DNA of 55,133 bases, from positions 1 through 55,133 of the forward strand of contig MEDY01000372.1 in assembly GCA_001724265.1 (NCBI GenBank). Direction: 5' to 3'. Positions 35,837 to 49,537 of this stretch are shown here, in pieces; positions within the stretch are counted from its first letter, which is position 1, and the number at the start of each line of letters is the position of its first letter. The notes beneath the pieces were generated by a model, which saw only the letters and a list, made by a program, of their open reading frames with translations, ran no database searches and was not told where the DNA came from. The position numbers and the translations under genes were made by a program. Source of the DNA: Rhizaria sp. SCN 62-66 (Eukaryota).

Positions 35837-36740
35837 TCAATAGTAGCTCTGCTTCGGTGCGCGGCCCTTGCCTGCCCCGCCACGGTTGCCGCCGCTGTGC
35901 GCGCCGTTACTGCCGCTGCCGTTCACGCTGTTGCTGCCGCCACTGTGCAGCTGAGCCCCCGCGGCCACATTGCGCAGGAACGCACTGTGCTGCCCAGGCT
36001 TACCACCGCCACTGCCGCTGCCGAAGCCGCTGCCGTAGCCGCTGCCGCCACCGTATCCCTCGGTTCCGCTCCCGCCGTTGCCGCTGCTGTAGGCGGCGTT
36101 GGCGCCGCGTGTGCGCAGCGAGAGCTCGCGCGCGCGCGCCCCGTTGCCGGCGGCCTTGTGTGCGGTGACCAGGCGCCCGATGAGGCGCGGGGACAGGAGT
36201 CCCTTGAGCACGTTGACATCAACGCCGCTAGCGTTGTGGTTGTGGCCCATCGCCGCAGCGTTGACGCCGCCGGCATTCGCACCGCCGCCGCTGCTGCCGC
36301 TGCTGCTGCTGTTGTTCGTGGTATGATTGGTGGTAGACGCAGCGGCCGCGGAGCCTGTTGCGCGCGCCCGGTGCAGCACGCTCTCGACGATCTCGTCGGC
36401 CATGCCCAGCTGCCCCGCCGTGACGGCCGCGGACAGCAGGCTGTTATAAGTCACGGCGTTGGGAGCAACGCCGCGGCGCTGCATCTGGCCCAGCAGCCGC
36501 CACGCCTCGCCCAGCCGGCCCTCGCGAGCGAGTCCGGCAATCACGGCGGTGTACGGGTACACGGTCGGCGCGCAGCCCGCGGCGAGCATGGCGTCAAGCG
36601 TGGCCACGGCCGAGTGTAGCTGTCCGCAGCGCACGTAGCCGTTGATGAGCGTCGTGAAGGTCACGGCAGAGGGAGGCAGCCCGTGCTCCGCCATCAGCGA
36701 GAGCAGCTGCTTGATGCTGTTTTCGCCGCGTGCAAGCAGA

Positions 36741-36775
<35 letters not shown>

Positions 36776-39319
36776 TGCACTCGCAGTATCGCGGTTGCTC
36801 TTCGTATCGTTCGAGTCATCAGAGCGACTGGTGTTATCATTACTGTCAGCGCTCGCCGCACTGTCACTCGGTGCGCTCAAGTCAGTCTTTGCCTTGATAT
36901 CGCCGCTTCCGTCCTCATCGCCGCCGCCGTTGGCGTACTCGTACACGCGCGTGGTCGCGGCGCCGGGCACCAGGTGCGCCATCGTCAGCGCGCGCACCAG
37001 CATGTTGACGGTGAAGGCGTCGGCGCGCACGCCGTGGCGGCGCATCAACGCGAACACGAGCGCGAAGCCGTCCAGGTCGCCGCGCTGTAGGAAGAGGTCT
37101 AGGAAGGCGTTGAGGCTGACGGTGTCGGGCGGGGTGCCTGCGGCGGCGAAGTCGGCCACGACCTCGAGCGCGGCCGCCAGCTCGCCGCGGCGCAGTAGCC
37201 CCGTCAGCAGCAGGTTCAACGCCAGCGGCGCGCGCGGCGCCAGCAGCGGCTTGACCTGTGCGTAGAACGCCAGCGCGGCCGCGGTGTCGCCGGCGTCGAG
37301 GGCGAAGCGCAGCACCGACTGGTACAGCAGCACGAGCGTCTCCGTGTTGGCGTCCGTGGTCATCGTCGACGTTGTCGTCGCTGTTGCGGCCGCAGCAGGG
37401 GAGTTGGCGGTCGTCAAAGGGATGCCGTTGGAATCGCCTGCAGCAGTGGCAGCGCCATTGACGGCGCTCATGCTGTTATTGTTGTTGTTGGTGAGCACTT
37501 GCTGCAGCAGCAGCACCTTGTCGAGCTGCTTTGTCCGCAGCAGCCCGCGCACGAGCTCTCCGCAGAGCCGCGCCAGCAGCCGCTCACCCAGCACCGCCCT
37601 GAAGCGCACCACGGCCGCCAGCGCGCGCGCGACGCCAGGTCCGTCCCCGCGCGCGGCGGCGGCCTCGACCACGGCGGCAAACGCCGCGGGGGTGGGGACG
37701 TGGCCGCGCGCGCCCAGCTCCACCTCCAGCACGTCGAGCGCGGCGCCGGTGTGCCCCGCGGCGAGCAGTGCCGTCACGACGCGCTGGTAGGCCAGGGGCG
37801 GGGCGGTGGGCTCGCAGCCGCGGCGGCGCAGGCAGTGCGCCAGAAGCAGCATGCGCGGGACATGGGCCGGACCCGCGCGCGCTGAGGCCACGAGCAGCTG
37901 CGAGAGGCAAGAGGGCGACAGGTGCGGCATCAGGGCCGGGTCCACAGCAGCCGCAGCAGTTGCAGCAGCAGCAGCTGGCGCAGTCGCAGGGGCCGCGGTA
38001 TCTGTTGTCGCTGTTGTTGCGCTCGAGCTGGAGTTAGTAGCAGTGTCGTTACTGTCACTGCCAGTGTGGGCGGGCGTGTTGTTGCTGACGGAGGCCGCGG
38101 AGGCGCCAAAGGCCTTGGCGGCGGCGGCCACGAGGGCCTCGGCCGCCGCGTGGTCGCCGGCGGCCAGCGCGGCCGCCAGCGCCAGAGACAGGCCTTCCTG
38201 GGCGTCGTCGGCAGTGCACAGCAAAGGCGGCTGCTGCGGAGACTGCGAATGCGGGTCAATGGCACTGTTGTTGCCGTTGATGTTGCTGTTGATGGGCATC
38301 CCCGCGGCGAGACAGGCCGCGTAGAACTGGTGGACCGCGGTGAGCACGTGTGACACACGGGTCACCACGCGCGCGTTGCCGTCCAAAGTCACCGAGACGC
38401 CGTCAGCAGCCTTCGCAGCGCCGACGTTCGAGCCGTTGCTGTTGCTGTTGCTGGGGGAGGAGATAAGAGAGTGGGAGAGCATCGCGGGGCAGACTACGCT
38501 GACATTACTACCAGAAGCAGCGGCAGCAGCAGCAGAACTGCTGTCAAGCAAACTGCTAGAGCCATCACGCTCATTGCCCACCGCGCTGTTGCTCCCACTG
38601 CTGCCGCTGCCGCTGCCGACGACGGCGGTGGGCAGCACGTGGAGCACGGCTTGCGCGCAGTCGTGCAGCGCGTAGGGGTCCCGCGGGAAGCGCCCCGCCG
38701 AGGCCGCGGTCAGGAGGGCGCGCATGTGGTCCGTCACGGCAGCGGCGGGCAGGCCGGGGCTCCAGGTGAAGGGCGCGAACAGCTCTGGGGGCAGCTGCGC
38801 GCCGGGCGCGGGGCTGGGGCTCGGGCTGGAGGCGTTAGAGCCAGAGTTGGAGCTGTTTGTGTTTGTGGTGTTGATGTAGAAGCTTGAGTGGGCGCGCGAG
38901 CTCGCGTGTCGAGCAGAAGCGGTAGTTGCTGCTGTGGGCGCGGTCGCTGTTGTAGTAGTAGAGAGCATAACAGAGCTGAGGAAGCTGCTGCTGTTACTGC
39001 TGCGTGTCGCTGCGTTTAGGGAGTGAGGGTTAGAACGATGACTAGAGCTCGAGCTCGAGCTAGTGGTCACTTGGGTGCTGTTGCAGAGAGTGCTGGCAGA
39101 GAAGCGAGACAACTGACACGGAGGCGGCGGCATAGGGCCTAGCGGCGTCGCAGCGCCACCAGCAACTGCAGAGACAGCAGCAGCAGCAGCAGTAGCTGCG
39201 GCCGAGCCAGCTGCAGCTGCGAGTTGCTGGCGAGGGGAAGGGGAGAAGAGGGAGAGAGCAAGCGAGGCGCCGCGGTCGACCGCGGAAGCAAGGCGCTGGC
39301 GGGGTGCGCCCGGGAGCAT
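35837..39319 (-). CDS. Pentatricopeptide-repeat (PPR) protein, probably mitochondrial
   Basis: PPR motifs PSAVTFTTLINGYVRCGQL, PTVYPYTAVIAGLAREGRL, PNAVTYNSLLSA, PDTVSLNAFLD and ADAFTVNMLV. Ends TGA. Confidence 0.9.
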
Positions 39320-39865
39320 GCCTGGCTGCGCAGGAGAGAGGCGCGGGCGGGCGCGGGCGCGGCGGGGGCGGCGGGGACCGGAGAGAGTGAGAGAGGTGAG
39401 GCCGGGGGGTGCGGGGTAGAGGCAATGACAGTTGCTTCGAAGAAAATATTAAAAAATAGAAAAGTTCCTTCACAGAAAAGTTATACACGAACAGTTACGC
39501 CGCTATTCAAAGACAGTGCACGATGATATAGTCGTCGAGCGGAGTCCGCTTTTCGGCCCTGCTATGCCGCTGGTGGTCCAAGCTCGGGACTGGCCACCCA
39601 CCGAGTCGGTCGAGGCTCAGAGCGAGAAACGTAACGGTCCAAAACACCTTCGTGCCACTAGATGTATCTCGACGTAGACTCCGTGTTGTTGGATGCAGGA
39701 TTGAAATCCGAAAATTTCCCTTTGTTAATCACTTTTAGTTTTAATCTTTTTCTTTCAGCTCGCCAGAACCCCTCCAGCCAGCGCTTCCCCCGCGCCCGGA
39801 TTCCACCGCCCAACTTCACTCTCTTTTGTGCCGCCCTCTGGCTGTTGTGAGCCCGCCGCACGCAG

Positions 39866-41850
39866 ATGTCGAAAGCGACGCCCCGGTCTCCGCGCCCGCC
39901 CGCGGCGCCCGCGTTGTCCAGCGCAGCGCGGCCGGCCACGAACCGCGCCCGCACGCGCAAGTCCCAGGACTCGAGTGACGACCTCCCCGTCGCCCCCGAG
40001 GAACCAGTCACGCCCCCGCCCCAGTGCCCCTTCGTACGTCTAGGCCCTTATAGCGGAGCAAGAGCTACCATTTGCAGAATTTACGCGCTGCTCTCTACAC
40101 ATTAGCGCTGTTTTCTATTCGCAAATCACATTTGTCAGTCATACAGTCTATCATTAACTGCTTCGATTCTCGTCTGTCCGTACCGCTTACCTCGTCGTTG
40201 CTTCCTTCGTTGCTTTGCGTTCTGTTTTCTCGCTACCTCTCAGGACCTGATGGAGCGTGAGGTCTGGTCCGTCCCGGACCCCGCGCAGCAGCGCGCGCGC
40301 GCCGGCGCGCTCTTGGGCCTACCGGACTCCCCCGCGACCTCGCGCGCCTCAATCGAGCTCGACTCGGCCTACTACCTGCTCCTCTTCTGCCGGGGCGCCG
40401 CGCTCTCCCCCGCGCAGACGGCGCTGCTGTACTACATCGAGACGCAGCTGCGAAACGTGCTTGCCGCGCTGCCCGCGACTCCCCTCGTGGCCCAGTACCA
40501 GCTCTTCGCCGACTTGCTCTACGCCAGCAGCGAGACGGCCCACGCCCCGCCGCCGCCCTCCCAGACCACCCCCGCCGCCGCCGCCGCCGCCGCGCTCGCT
40601 GCATTGACGCCCTCCTCATCCTCCTCTTCTGCCTCTAGCTCCAGCACTGGCGCTGGCCTTGGTGCGGCGGCTTCGGCGGCCTCGGCGCCCTCGGCCCACG
40701 CGGCGGCTGTGGCTGCTTTGTGTCAGCGCCTCGGGGACCCGCGCTTCGCGTCCGTCGTCGCCCGCGCGGCGCCCTTTACGCCGCAGCAGGCGCGCATAGT
40801 GACAGACTACTTTGCGCAGGGATATTTCCGCCACTACGCTCTCTACAAAGCCGTCCTCGCACCAAGCAGTCCTAACGGCGGCGGTGGTGGCAGCGGTGGC
40901 GGCGAGTACTGCTTCCAGCGCCGCAGTGTCGCCGTTGTGGAGCAGTTGCACCTGCTGGCGGCGCCGCCGCCGCCCTCCGCGGCTGCGGGCACGGTGCTCA
41001 CGGTCACCCTGCCCCCCGGTGCGCCCGGTACCGGCAGCGGCAGCGGCGGCGGCGGCAGCGGCAACGGCGGTGACGAAAGCGGCGATTACTACAGCGACGA
41101 CGCTGCTGCCGCCGCCGCCGCCGCCGCTGCCGCTGCCGCCGCGGCCGCCGCTGCTGCTGCCGCCGCCGCCGCCACCGCCGCTGCTGAGAGCATGCACAGC
41201 CAACAACAACAGCAGCAGCAGCCACAGCAGACCAAGACTCTGTCCTCGTCGTCGTCCGGCGCCTCGACCTCGGGCTTGGCGCCGCCGGCGACCAGGCCTT
41301 CGTCCCGACCGGCCTCCGCCGCGGCCGCGGCCGCCGCGGCCGCCGCAGCAGCAGCCGCCGCGGCCGCCGCTGTGGCCGCCTCGACCTCGGCCGGCGCGGC
41401 GGCCGCGGGCGCGGGTTCCCGGACTATCTCCATTCCCGCCGGCTCTGCGATGCTCTCGCTCGCCCAACCCCTGCCCTCCAGCAGCAGTAGCACCGGCTCT
41501 GGCCCTCGGAGCTCCAGCACCAGCGCGAGTGCCAGCGCCAGTGTGAGCGAGTGCGCTGACCTTGACCTCGCGCGCCTGCGCTTCTGCTTTGAGGCCGCCT
41601 GGGCCGTCAACGCCGCCGCCGCCGAGGCCGCGCTGTCTGGCGCCAAGTCCGTGCCGTTCGCGCTCAGCTACGAGCCCGGCGGCGCGGGCGGGTCGGCGGC
41701 TGCGGCGGCGGCGGCGGCGCGCTCGGGCGCGGCGGCCTCGAGGCTGCTTTCGCCGATGGTGCTCTATGAGGCCACGGCGCACGATCCCAGCGCCGCCGCG
41801 GTCACTGCGGCCGCCACCGCCGCCGCCAGGGCCAAGGCCGTCTCCGCAGT

Positions 41851-41915
<65 letters not shown>

Positions 41916-42307
41916 CGTTCGCTGCCGGCTACGGCTCCGGCTCTGGCTTTGCTGCAGCCCACGGTCACGACGACGACAGCGACAGCCTTAGCCTTGCTGG
42001 CAGTGGCATGGGCGGTGCTGCGCCGCTGGCGCCGGCCAGGCCAGGCGTGTACACGGTGGTGTCGGCGCACGTCGCCGCCGCCAGCGAGGGCGCGGCCGCC
42101 GCGCTGGCGGCCAGGAGCCGCGCGCTCACGGCCCGGCTTGAGGCCGCAGCGGCCAGCGCGGCGACGCTGCAGGCGCGCGCGGCCGCCGCAGCGCCGCCCC
42201 CTGCCCGCGGCGGCCGGCGCGGCCAGCAGCAGCAGTCTCAGCCTCAGCTCCAGGCGCAGGCGCAGCTGTCGTCGGGTGACGCCAGCGGCCGGCCCGGGTC
42301 GTCGTGA
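39866..42307 (+). CDS. CFAP119/CCDC189-like (CLAMP domain) flagellar protein; exons 39866-40033 and 40244-42307
   Basis: 'FTPQQARIVTDYFAQGYFRHYALYKAVL' resembles the CLAMP motif F...Q.....Y....YFRHY.LY. Phase-0 intron GTACGT...CTCAG. Ends TGA. Confidence 0.7.
41858..41914 (+). repeat. (CAG)19 polyGln tract
   Basis: Read directly from the sequence. Confidence 0.95.
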
Positions 42308-43005
42308 GCGACAGAGCGGCGACGCTTTTGCGATGATGGAAATGCTGCGACACTTGAAATGACCGCGATATGAGCTGTTTCGAGCTGTTTGGAACGTTTC
42401 TGAGATGTGAAACCCGATCTGGGTGACGTTTCGCGGGATATGCACGGGATATCGGCACTTTGCGCGGGGCATACAACACTTTTTATGTAGAAAAGAGGGT
42501 CGAGTGGTCTGTAATACAGCTTTCAAACTTGATTAGCGCGTAGAAGGCGGCTTTGTAGAGATAAAAATTGTTCAAAAGAGGAAATCAAGCCGCATGGCGA
42601 GCTGACCAAGTGACCGTGAGCCGAGACGGACTGAGCGACCGGAGGCGAAGTCCAGAGCAAACCAAAAACGATCTTGTTTACGCTTGTGTGACGTCTCTTT
42701 GGAGCCATTTTGTGAAAAGATTGAATATTTAGATGGAAACATTATTCCTCAAAAAGCGAATGTGGAATATTAGGCCGCGTGTGGTTCTAGATCAAGTTCC
42801 ATTTTCACACCCACAACGAACCCTCTCACCTTGACCCAAGACTGTCTCGCTAAATCGGACCCGTAGCCCCTCTTCCCCTCATTTGTTCATGTTTATTTCA
42901 TTTTACCCAACTCTAACACCCCAAATATTTGATATTCTGCGTACCCATTGTCTCCCCGACGATGCCGATCTTCTTGTTTTGTTACTTTCTTTTAGTTTAT
43001 GCAAA

Positions 43006-45339
43006 ATGCTCTCGATGCGCTCCCATTCGCTTCGCTCCACTTCCGCCCTCGTGCGCACCGTCACTGCTCTCTGTGATCCCATTGGAGGCTCCACCCCGTC
43101 CCGCGCGTACGTCTTCTACCCCTTACTGCCCTGTATTCCCCCGACATGCACTCTTTCAAGTCTTTCCTTCTCGAGGCTCTTCAGGACTCGGACGTTATCC
43201 AGAAGCTCCTCTCATTAAACTCCTTGCATATCTTTCTGTTCTCCCATGTTTCTACACTTTTTTCTTAACGACCCGCATGAATGACTTTTTTTAACCACCA
43301 CATACTCTTTGCACACTTAACACCGACATTTTCAATTCACATCAACAACAAACTAACTTCGTTTCTCCTTCTCGGTCTTTTGTGGTCCTTTCCCTTCCTT
43401 CACCGTTTGCACACTTACAGTTTCTCCGGCCGCTACGAGCTGCCCGAGGTCAAGGGCGAGAAGGCGCTCGACTACGCACCCGGCTCCCCCGAGCGCGCCA
43501 CGCTGAAGGCCGCGCTGGCCAAGGTCCGCTCCGAGGTCGTCGAGGTGCCCTGCTACGTCAACGGCGAGCGCCGGTTCACTGGCAACGTTGTCAACCAAGT
43601 CATCCCCTCCGATCACGGCCACGTCATCGCACGCGTGCATATGGCGGGCGACAAGGACGTTGACGACGCCATTGCCGCCTCGGCTGCGGCGCGCCGCTCG
43701 TGGGCGTCGCTGGAGCCGCACCACCGCGCAATCGTGTTCCGCAAGGCGGCCGACCTGATGGCGGGCAAGCACCGCGCCGCGACCATGGCGGCGACAATGC
43801 TGGGCATCGGCAAGAGCGTGTGGCAGGCCGAGATCGACGCCTCGGTCGAGCAGATCGACTTCCTGCGCCTCGCGGGCAACTTCGCCGAGCGCATTTACGC
43901 GGAGCAGCCTCACTTGCACGCGGCGAACACGTGGAACCGCATGCGGTACCGCGAGCTGGAGGGCTTCGTGGCGGCCATCTCGCCGTTCAACTTCACGGCG
44001 ATTGGCGCGAACCTTGTCGCTGCGCCCTGCGTCATGGGCAACGTGGCGCTCTGGAAGCCTGCCCCTTCGGCGGCGCTGGGGAACTGGCGGACGCTCGAGG
44101 TGCTCGAAGAGGCCGGGCTGCCCGCGGGCGTGATCAACTTCCTGCCGTCGACGCCGGCCGTCTTCCAGCGCGGACTCGCGCACCCCACGCTGGCCGGGCT
44201 GCACTTTACGGGCAGCACGCGGACCTTCTCGAACCTGTGGAAGTTCATCGGCGACAACGTGCAGACGTACCGGTCTTACCCGCGCATCGTCGGCGAGACG
44301 GGCGGCAAGAACTTCCACGCCGTACACCCTTCCGCGGACGTTGGCAACGCGGTGCTCCAGACTGTGCGCTCCGCATTCGAGTACCAGGTACGTGCACAAC
44401 GTGCAACACGCAAAGCACAAGAGAAAATGACCACTAAGACTTGTACTCTTTTCGAGTGGGATGTGTAAGAGGAAGTTTAGTTATCGCCTTTCAACTTTTG
44501 AGGGGCTATATTGTATTTATTTCTAAAAAATGTTCCACCGTTATATTTTTAGTGAGTTTAGATATTACATCACACATTTTCTTTTCTTCTCTACATTTTC
44601 TCACTTACTCTTCTTACTTGTCTGCGCTTTTGTTCAACCTGACTGACGCTCACAGGGCCAGAAGTGCTCTGCCTGCTCGCGTCTGTACGTGCCCAAGTCT
44701 CTCTACCGCGCACCGGGCGGGTTCCGCGACCAGCTGCTGGGCGCCGTGGCCGAGATCAAGCTGGGCCAGCCCGACGACCTCTCGACGATGGTCACGGCCG
44801 TCATCGACAACGCGGCGGCGGAGCGTCTGCGCACCGCCATCGAGGGCGCGCGCGCGGACCCCAACAGCAAGGTCGTCGCGGGCGGCCGCGTCGACACCTC
44901 CAAGGGCTACTTCGTGGAGCCCACGGTCATCGAGACGACGGACCCTCTCTCGGCCACGATGTCCACGGAGCTCTTCGGCCCCGTGCTGACCGTCTTCGAG
45001 TACGACGACACCGCGGCTGGGTGGCGTTGGGAGGACTGCCTCGAGCTTATCGACCGGACCTCCCCCTACGGCCTCACGGGCGCTGTCTTCGCCAAGGACC
45101 GCCAGGCGATTGCGGCGGCCGAGAAGGTCCTCATCAACGCTGTCGGCAACCTCTACTTTAACGACAAATCGACGGGCGCCGTGGTCGGCGAGCAGCCCTT
45201 CGGCGGCGCGCGCGCCAGCGGTACGAACGACAAGGCGGGCTCGCACCTCAACCTGCTGCGCTGGGTGTCCCCGCAGACGATCAAGGAGACGACCGTGGGC
45301 ATTACGGGTATCGGCTATCCCCACATGCGCCCTGAGTAA
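43006..45339 (+). CDS. ALDH4A1: Mitochondrial delta-1-pyrroline-5-carboxylate dehydrogenase; exons 43006-43106, 43421-44387, 44656-45339
   Basis: YAPGSPER, EGFV.AISPFNFTAIG, FTGST, YPRIVGETGGKNF, AFEYQ|GQKCSA (catalytic Cys), YGLTGAVF and QPFGG.RASGTNDKAG. Introns are GTACGT...CAG. Ends TAA. Confidence 0.96.
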
Positions 45340-46152
45340 GTAAGTACAGTGTACGTACTTAGACGTCAATGTCAACGTGAAGTGAGCTGAATGCGGAGCA
45401 CGTCATTTGTTCAGCATCAATCATGGAGCATGTTGACTTTTATCTATATAGACGAAAACAAAAAGCAATGAAGGCGTTTGTCGTTGTATATATATATTAG
45501 AAATCATTTTTCTTCAAAGTTTTGTTTTACTTTCACGTCTACATAGTCACAACTGCTAGACTTTTGCAGTTTCTCTTGTTTGAGTTAAGCTTTTTCAAGT
45601 GGACGTAGAGGCTTTATTTTTGACGCAAGTCGCTTTATTATTTATTCTTCATAGCTATATGTGTTGAACTACGTCTACTTTAGCCTATTGTTCATCTGCT
45701 TGTTTGTTTCAGCTCAGCTCCACTTCGATTGCCGCAACGTGTTTGTCGTGGCAGTGACCTGAGTGATGCGGAAATGCGGCAAGTTTAGTTGCGATGATTG
45801 GCGGATAAACGTTGGTTGGGTTTATTAATACATGTAATACGTACTGATACTGAGAATTTTCTAGAGTTTGTCTTGAAGTGTGTGTGATGATTTTGAGTCG
45901 TATTGAGTGATTTTGAATCTTTGCAGCGCTGTTGTGGTTGTCGGTGAGTGACCGACAGTGCAGACTCGCGCGCGAGGATAACGAGGTCAGAAACAGGTCT
46001 AAAGTCCCGATATGACCGTCAAGCTAGAAATGAATAGCACTACAAGAAACTAGCTTTACATACATCTTTATGTTTTAAATTATACCGTCTGATTTGCTTA
46101 TAGAAACCCACAGTCCCTCCGAAAAGACCCGTCTTGGCGGAGCGCTTGCGAG

Positions 46153-47268
46153 ATGAGCTACAGCCTGCTGCCGACGGCGCCCGAGACGGAGCAGCACCGC
46201 TTCGTCGAGGCCCGCCAGCGCCACGCTAGCCAGTCTGCGCAGAAGCGCCAGTCGTGTTTTACGCTGGCTTATCTGCTCACGTTTTACATCACCACGCTTA
46301 TCATAATCCCGGCCTTACTGATCCTCAGCATCGTCATCTTCGTCAAAGAGGTACGGATAGGCGCAACTAAATCGATGCAAACTTAAACGAAACTCAAGTA
46401 TATGATATCTCACCTTATTTTTAAGTGGGGATTTTTGTTTTACTTTCAAATTCTAACATATTGTTATCTATTCGCTTGTTTTTTGATTTTTAGTGGGACG
46501 TCTTCACAGCCACCCGAGACGGCACTGAGACGGTCTGCCACAATGCCATCGACTCCTTGGTGGGCTACATCGTGCTCTACGCGCTGCTCGTGCTGTGGAT
46601 TATTGTCTACGGCGCGATTAACTCACGGGTACGCCACTTGAGAGATGCGAGTGCGGCAGCAGAGCGTTTCTATGTTGCCCCTGCCACTACCACTGTTTTG
46701 TTTATTATGTTTTTGGTTCTTATTTTAACATGATGACATATGTTACTCTCTTTACAACACTGTTGTTGTTGTTTTTACGACGACTATATCTTCTGTATCA
46801 CTCACTGCGCTCATTCGTTCTTTTCTTTCTGTGCCTTTGCCATATACACACACATGCAGTCATGCAACGAATGCATTGCCGAGGGCGGCGGCTGCGTACA
46901 AAACACAGAGACAGCCTTTCAGTACGTCTTTTCTGTCACCAGAGCTTTGTTTCATACTCATTGCATTCCCACCAACGAACGCTCACCTAACATGTTTCGC
47001 TCTCCCCCTCTGCCCCATGCACTCTGCTGCTCTGCTTCGCCCCTCTGGCCTCAGCCTGTTCGGCTTCCTCGCCTTCCTGGCCCTACTTTGCTACAACCTC
47101 GCTGTCTCCTACTGGGCCACCGAGCAGTCCTTCGTCTCGGACTGCAAGGCTACCCACCTCGCCCTGTACCGCACCGTGATCGCCAACGTTGTTGTGTCGC
47201 ATCTCGCGCTCGACACCTTCGCTATCCTCATGGTGCCCAAGCTCGTCCGCAAATACCAGTGGCTCTGA
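46153..47268 (+). CDS. Small hypothetical four-TM membrane protein; exons 46153-46350, 46494-46628, 46860-46921, 47055-47268
   Basis: Three GTACG...AG introns give a continuous frame with four hydrophobic segments. Ends TGA. Confidence 0.75.
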
Positions 47269-47770
47269 ACACCTAAACACAGCGACAGAGCGCGCGCACG
47301 AGACAGAGAGACAACGCAGGCGGGGATTTAAGTCCTTGAAGTCGTGCGAGTTTGAGTGCTGCGGCGCCGCCTCGCGACACTCGTGCCTCGCGGCACTCTT
47401 ACTGTAGGACTCGAGTGCGGAGAGCAAGTGTCTTTGGAGCAACGATTTCGCTTTGATGCTGATGCGACGTGACATCGTTGTATTAAAGTTGTTGTTGTCT
47501 AAGTAAGTATTGTTGTTTTGGTTGATTCTAGGTAGATATATAGCGTTTGAATTGTTGTGGACCTTAGTGGGGGCCATACGTAAAGATTTACAGCTAAATG
47601 CTGTCAATACATATCATAATCTTCGATGACTGATGATACAAGCGAGTCTCAGACACGTGCACTGTAGATAAGTTAGGCTCTGTGAAGATGCTTTTGCATT
47701 GTGCATTGTACATGTACATTGGTCGGCTACTGGCCGCTCGCATTACCCAGCCGCCGCTCACAGTCATCGC

Positions 47771-49537
47771 TCAGTCCCAGGCCGTGCAGCGCGCTTTGGA
47801 GGCCCTCTGCGCGTCGAACAGCGGCTCCCAGTGCGATGGCGGCTCGGGTAAGGGGTCGAACTCCATGATCTAAGTGCCCGTAGCGCCACACAACAGCCAA
47901 ACAGCAACAAAACGCGAAGCAAGAGGCGTATCATAGCAGTAAAGATGAAGGGTTAAAGGTGAGATATCGTGGCATACGACGCGAAAGAGACACATATGGG
48001 ATCATTTGAATAATTACATATTGTCAGCATTATCATTGATGATATAATTGCGATCGCACGTCGATTTAAGTTACGCCGTACCTCGATGCGCGCCAGGGGG
48101 TGCTGCACGAGCAGTGGCCGCCACACAGGACCGACGACCGTGGGCCCGCCAGTGCCCGCGCCAGCGCCAGTGGTGTTGCTGTTGCCGCCGCTGCCGTCGG
48201 CGGCGTCGGCCAGGGGCGTGGTGCGGCGCAGACAGGCCTCGATCTGTGGGTGAGACAAGGGCGAAGGCAATGGGGAGGAGCGAATATGACACAAAGGCAG
48301 ATAGAATGCGGGAGTATATGGTCGTAAGGTGAGGATATATGATGAGAAAACATTATAATATCATTAAAAACAAACTTATTTTCCATGAAAATAAAAATTC
48401 GACTCATAAATCGTTGATATATCCCAAGGTATTTGATGCCATTTCAAGCTAATGCGCGCGTACCTGAGTCCCCGCGTGCGTGAAGCGCCAGTGTTCGCAG
48501 GGCTCGGTGGCATTGGAGCCGGCGAGAAATACGCTGGAGCGGGCGCCAATAAGCGCGGCCGTGGCCATGGTGGCGGCGCCCGGGAAGGACTCGAGGACGG
48601 GGGAGACGATGCACATGCGCGGGACGCGGGGCTGCTTGTGGAACACCCAGTGCTTCAAGCCCTGCGCGGAGAGCAACAAAAGCGGGGATATGTCGCGCAA
48701 ATAAGGAGATTATACAGAAATAATATGAGAACACAGATGATATTGGGATAAACATGTTGTCTCTAAATGTTATGTCTAGTTGAAATTATACACGTGAAAT
48801 ATCACTGCTTACGTGAAATGCAAGGAGTCTGCAAATTGTGGTATGTTTACTGCTGCTGTTGCTGCGAGTGCTGTAATAGGGCGACGTACCGTTTTGTAGT
48901 CCTTGATGTCCGTTGCGTAGCGCCTGTGAAACGCGCCGACGAGCGTGAACCAGTCCTCGCGACTGCGCTTCTCCAGCCCGTCATAATGCAGCACCAGAAG
49001 CACGGGCTCGGCCGCCGTCTTATGCCACACGCGAGCCTTGAGGCGGAACCAGAGGGGCAGCGAGGGACGCGCGCTGCCGCGGTGCAGATACAGATCGCGC
49101 AGCGGTGACTGCTCGCGGCCGCTGGCGGCGGGGTTAACGTGCGCGTTTGTGTTGCCGATGTTGTTGCCGTTGCCACCGAAGATGGAGCCGGCGGCGCCGA
49201 GGAAGGGCTTTTGCGACGGCGGCTGGGACTGCGCCCAGGCGGCCTCCAGGTCCTTAAACGAGGCCATAAAGGAGCCCGACACGCCGGGGCCAGAGCCAGA
49301 GCCAGAGCCAGGGCCAGTGTAAGCAGCAGAGGCAGCAGAGGCAGCTGATGCAGAGGCGATTGGGAGGGTGACTGTGAGCAGGAGCAGCGAGATGGCGACC
49401 GCGACGAACAAGGCGCAGACGCGCGGCAGCACAGAGCCTGCGGCAAGAGGTTGTCGCAGCGCGGGCCGCAGCGCTGACAGCGGCCGCGACTGCGGCTGCT
49501 GCTGCTTCTGCTGCTGCTGTTGCTTCAGCAGGAGCAT
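47771..49537 (-). CDS. Hypothetical secreted or signal-anchored protein; exons 49537-48890, 48661-48464, 48243-48082, 47869-47771
   Basis: Hydrophobic segment ALFVAVAISLLLLTVTL. Three phase-0 GTACG...AG introns give a continuous frame. Ends TGA. An upstream exon is possible. Confidence 0.72.

Noticed and set aside
19535-42526. Long antisense or alternative-frame ORFs (e.g. 19535..21082, 21261..22916, 40616..42526)
   Set aside because: These are shadows of GC-rich, repeat-rich coding sequence and contain no domains.
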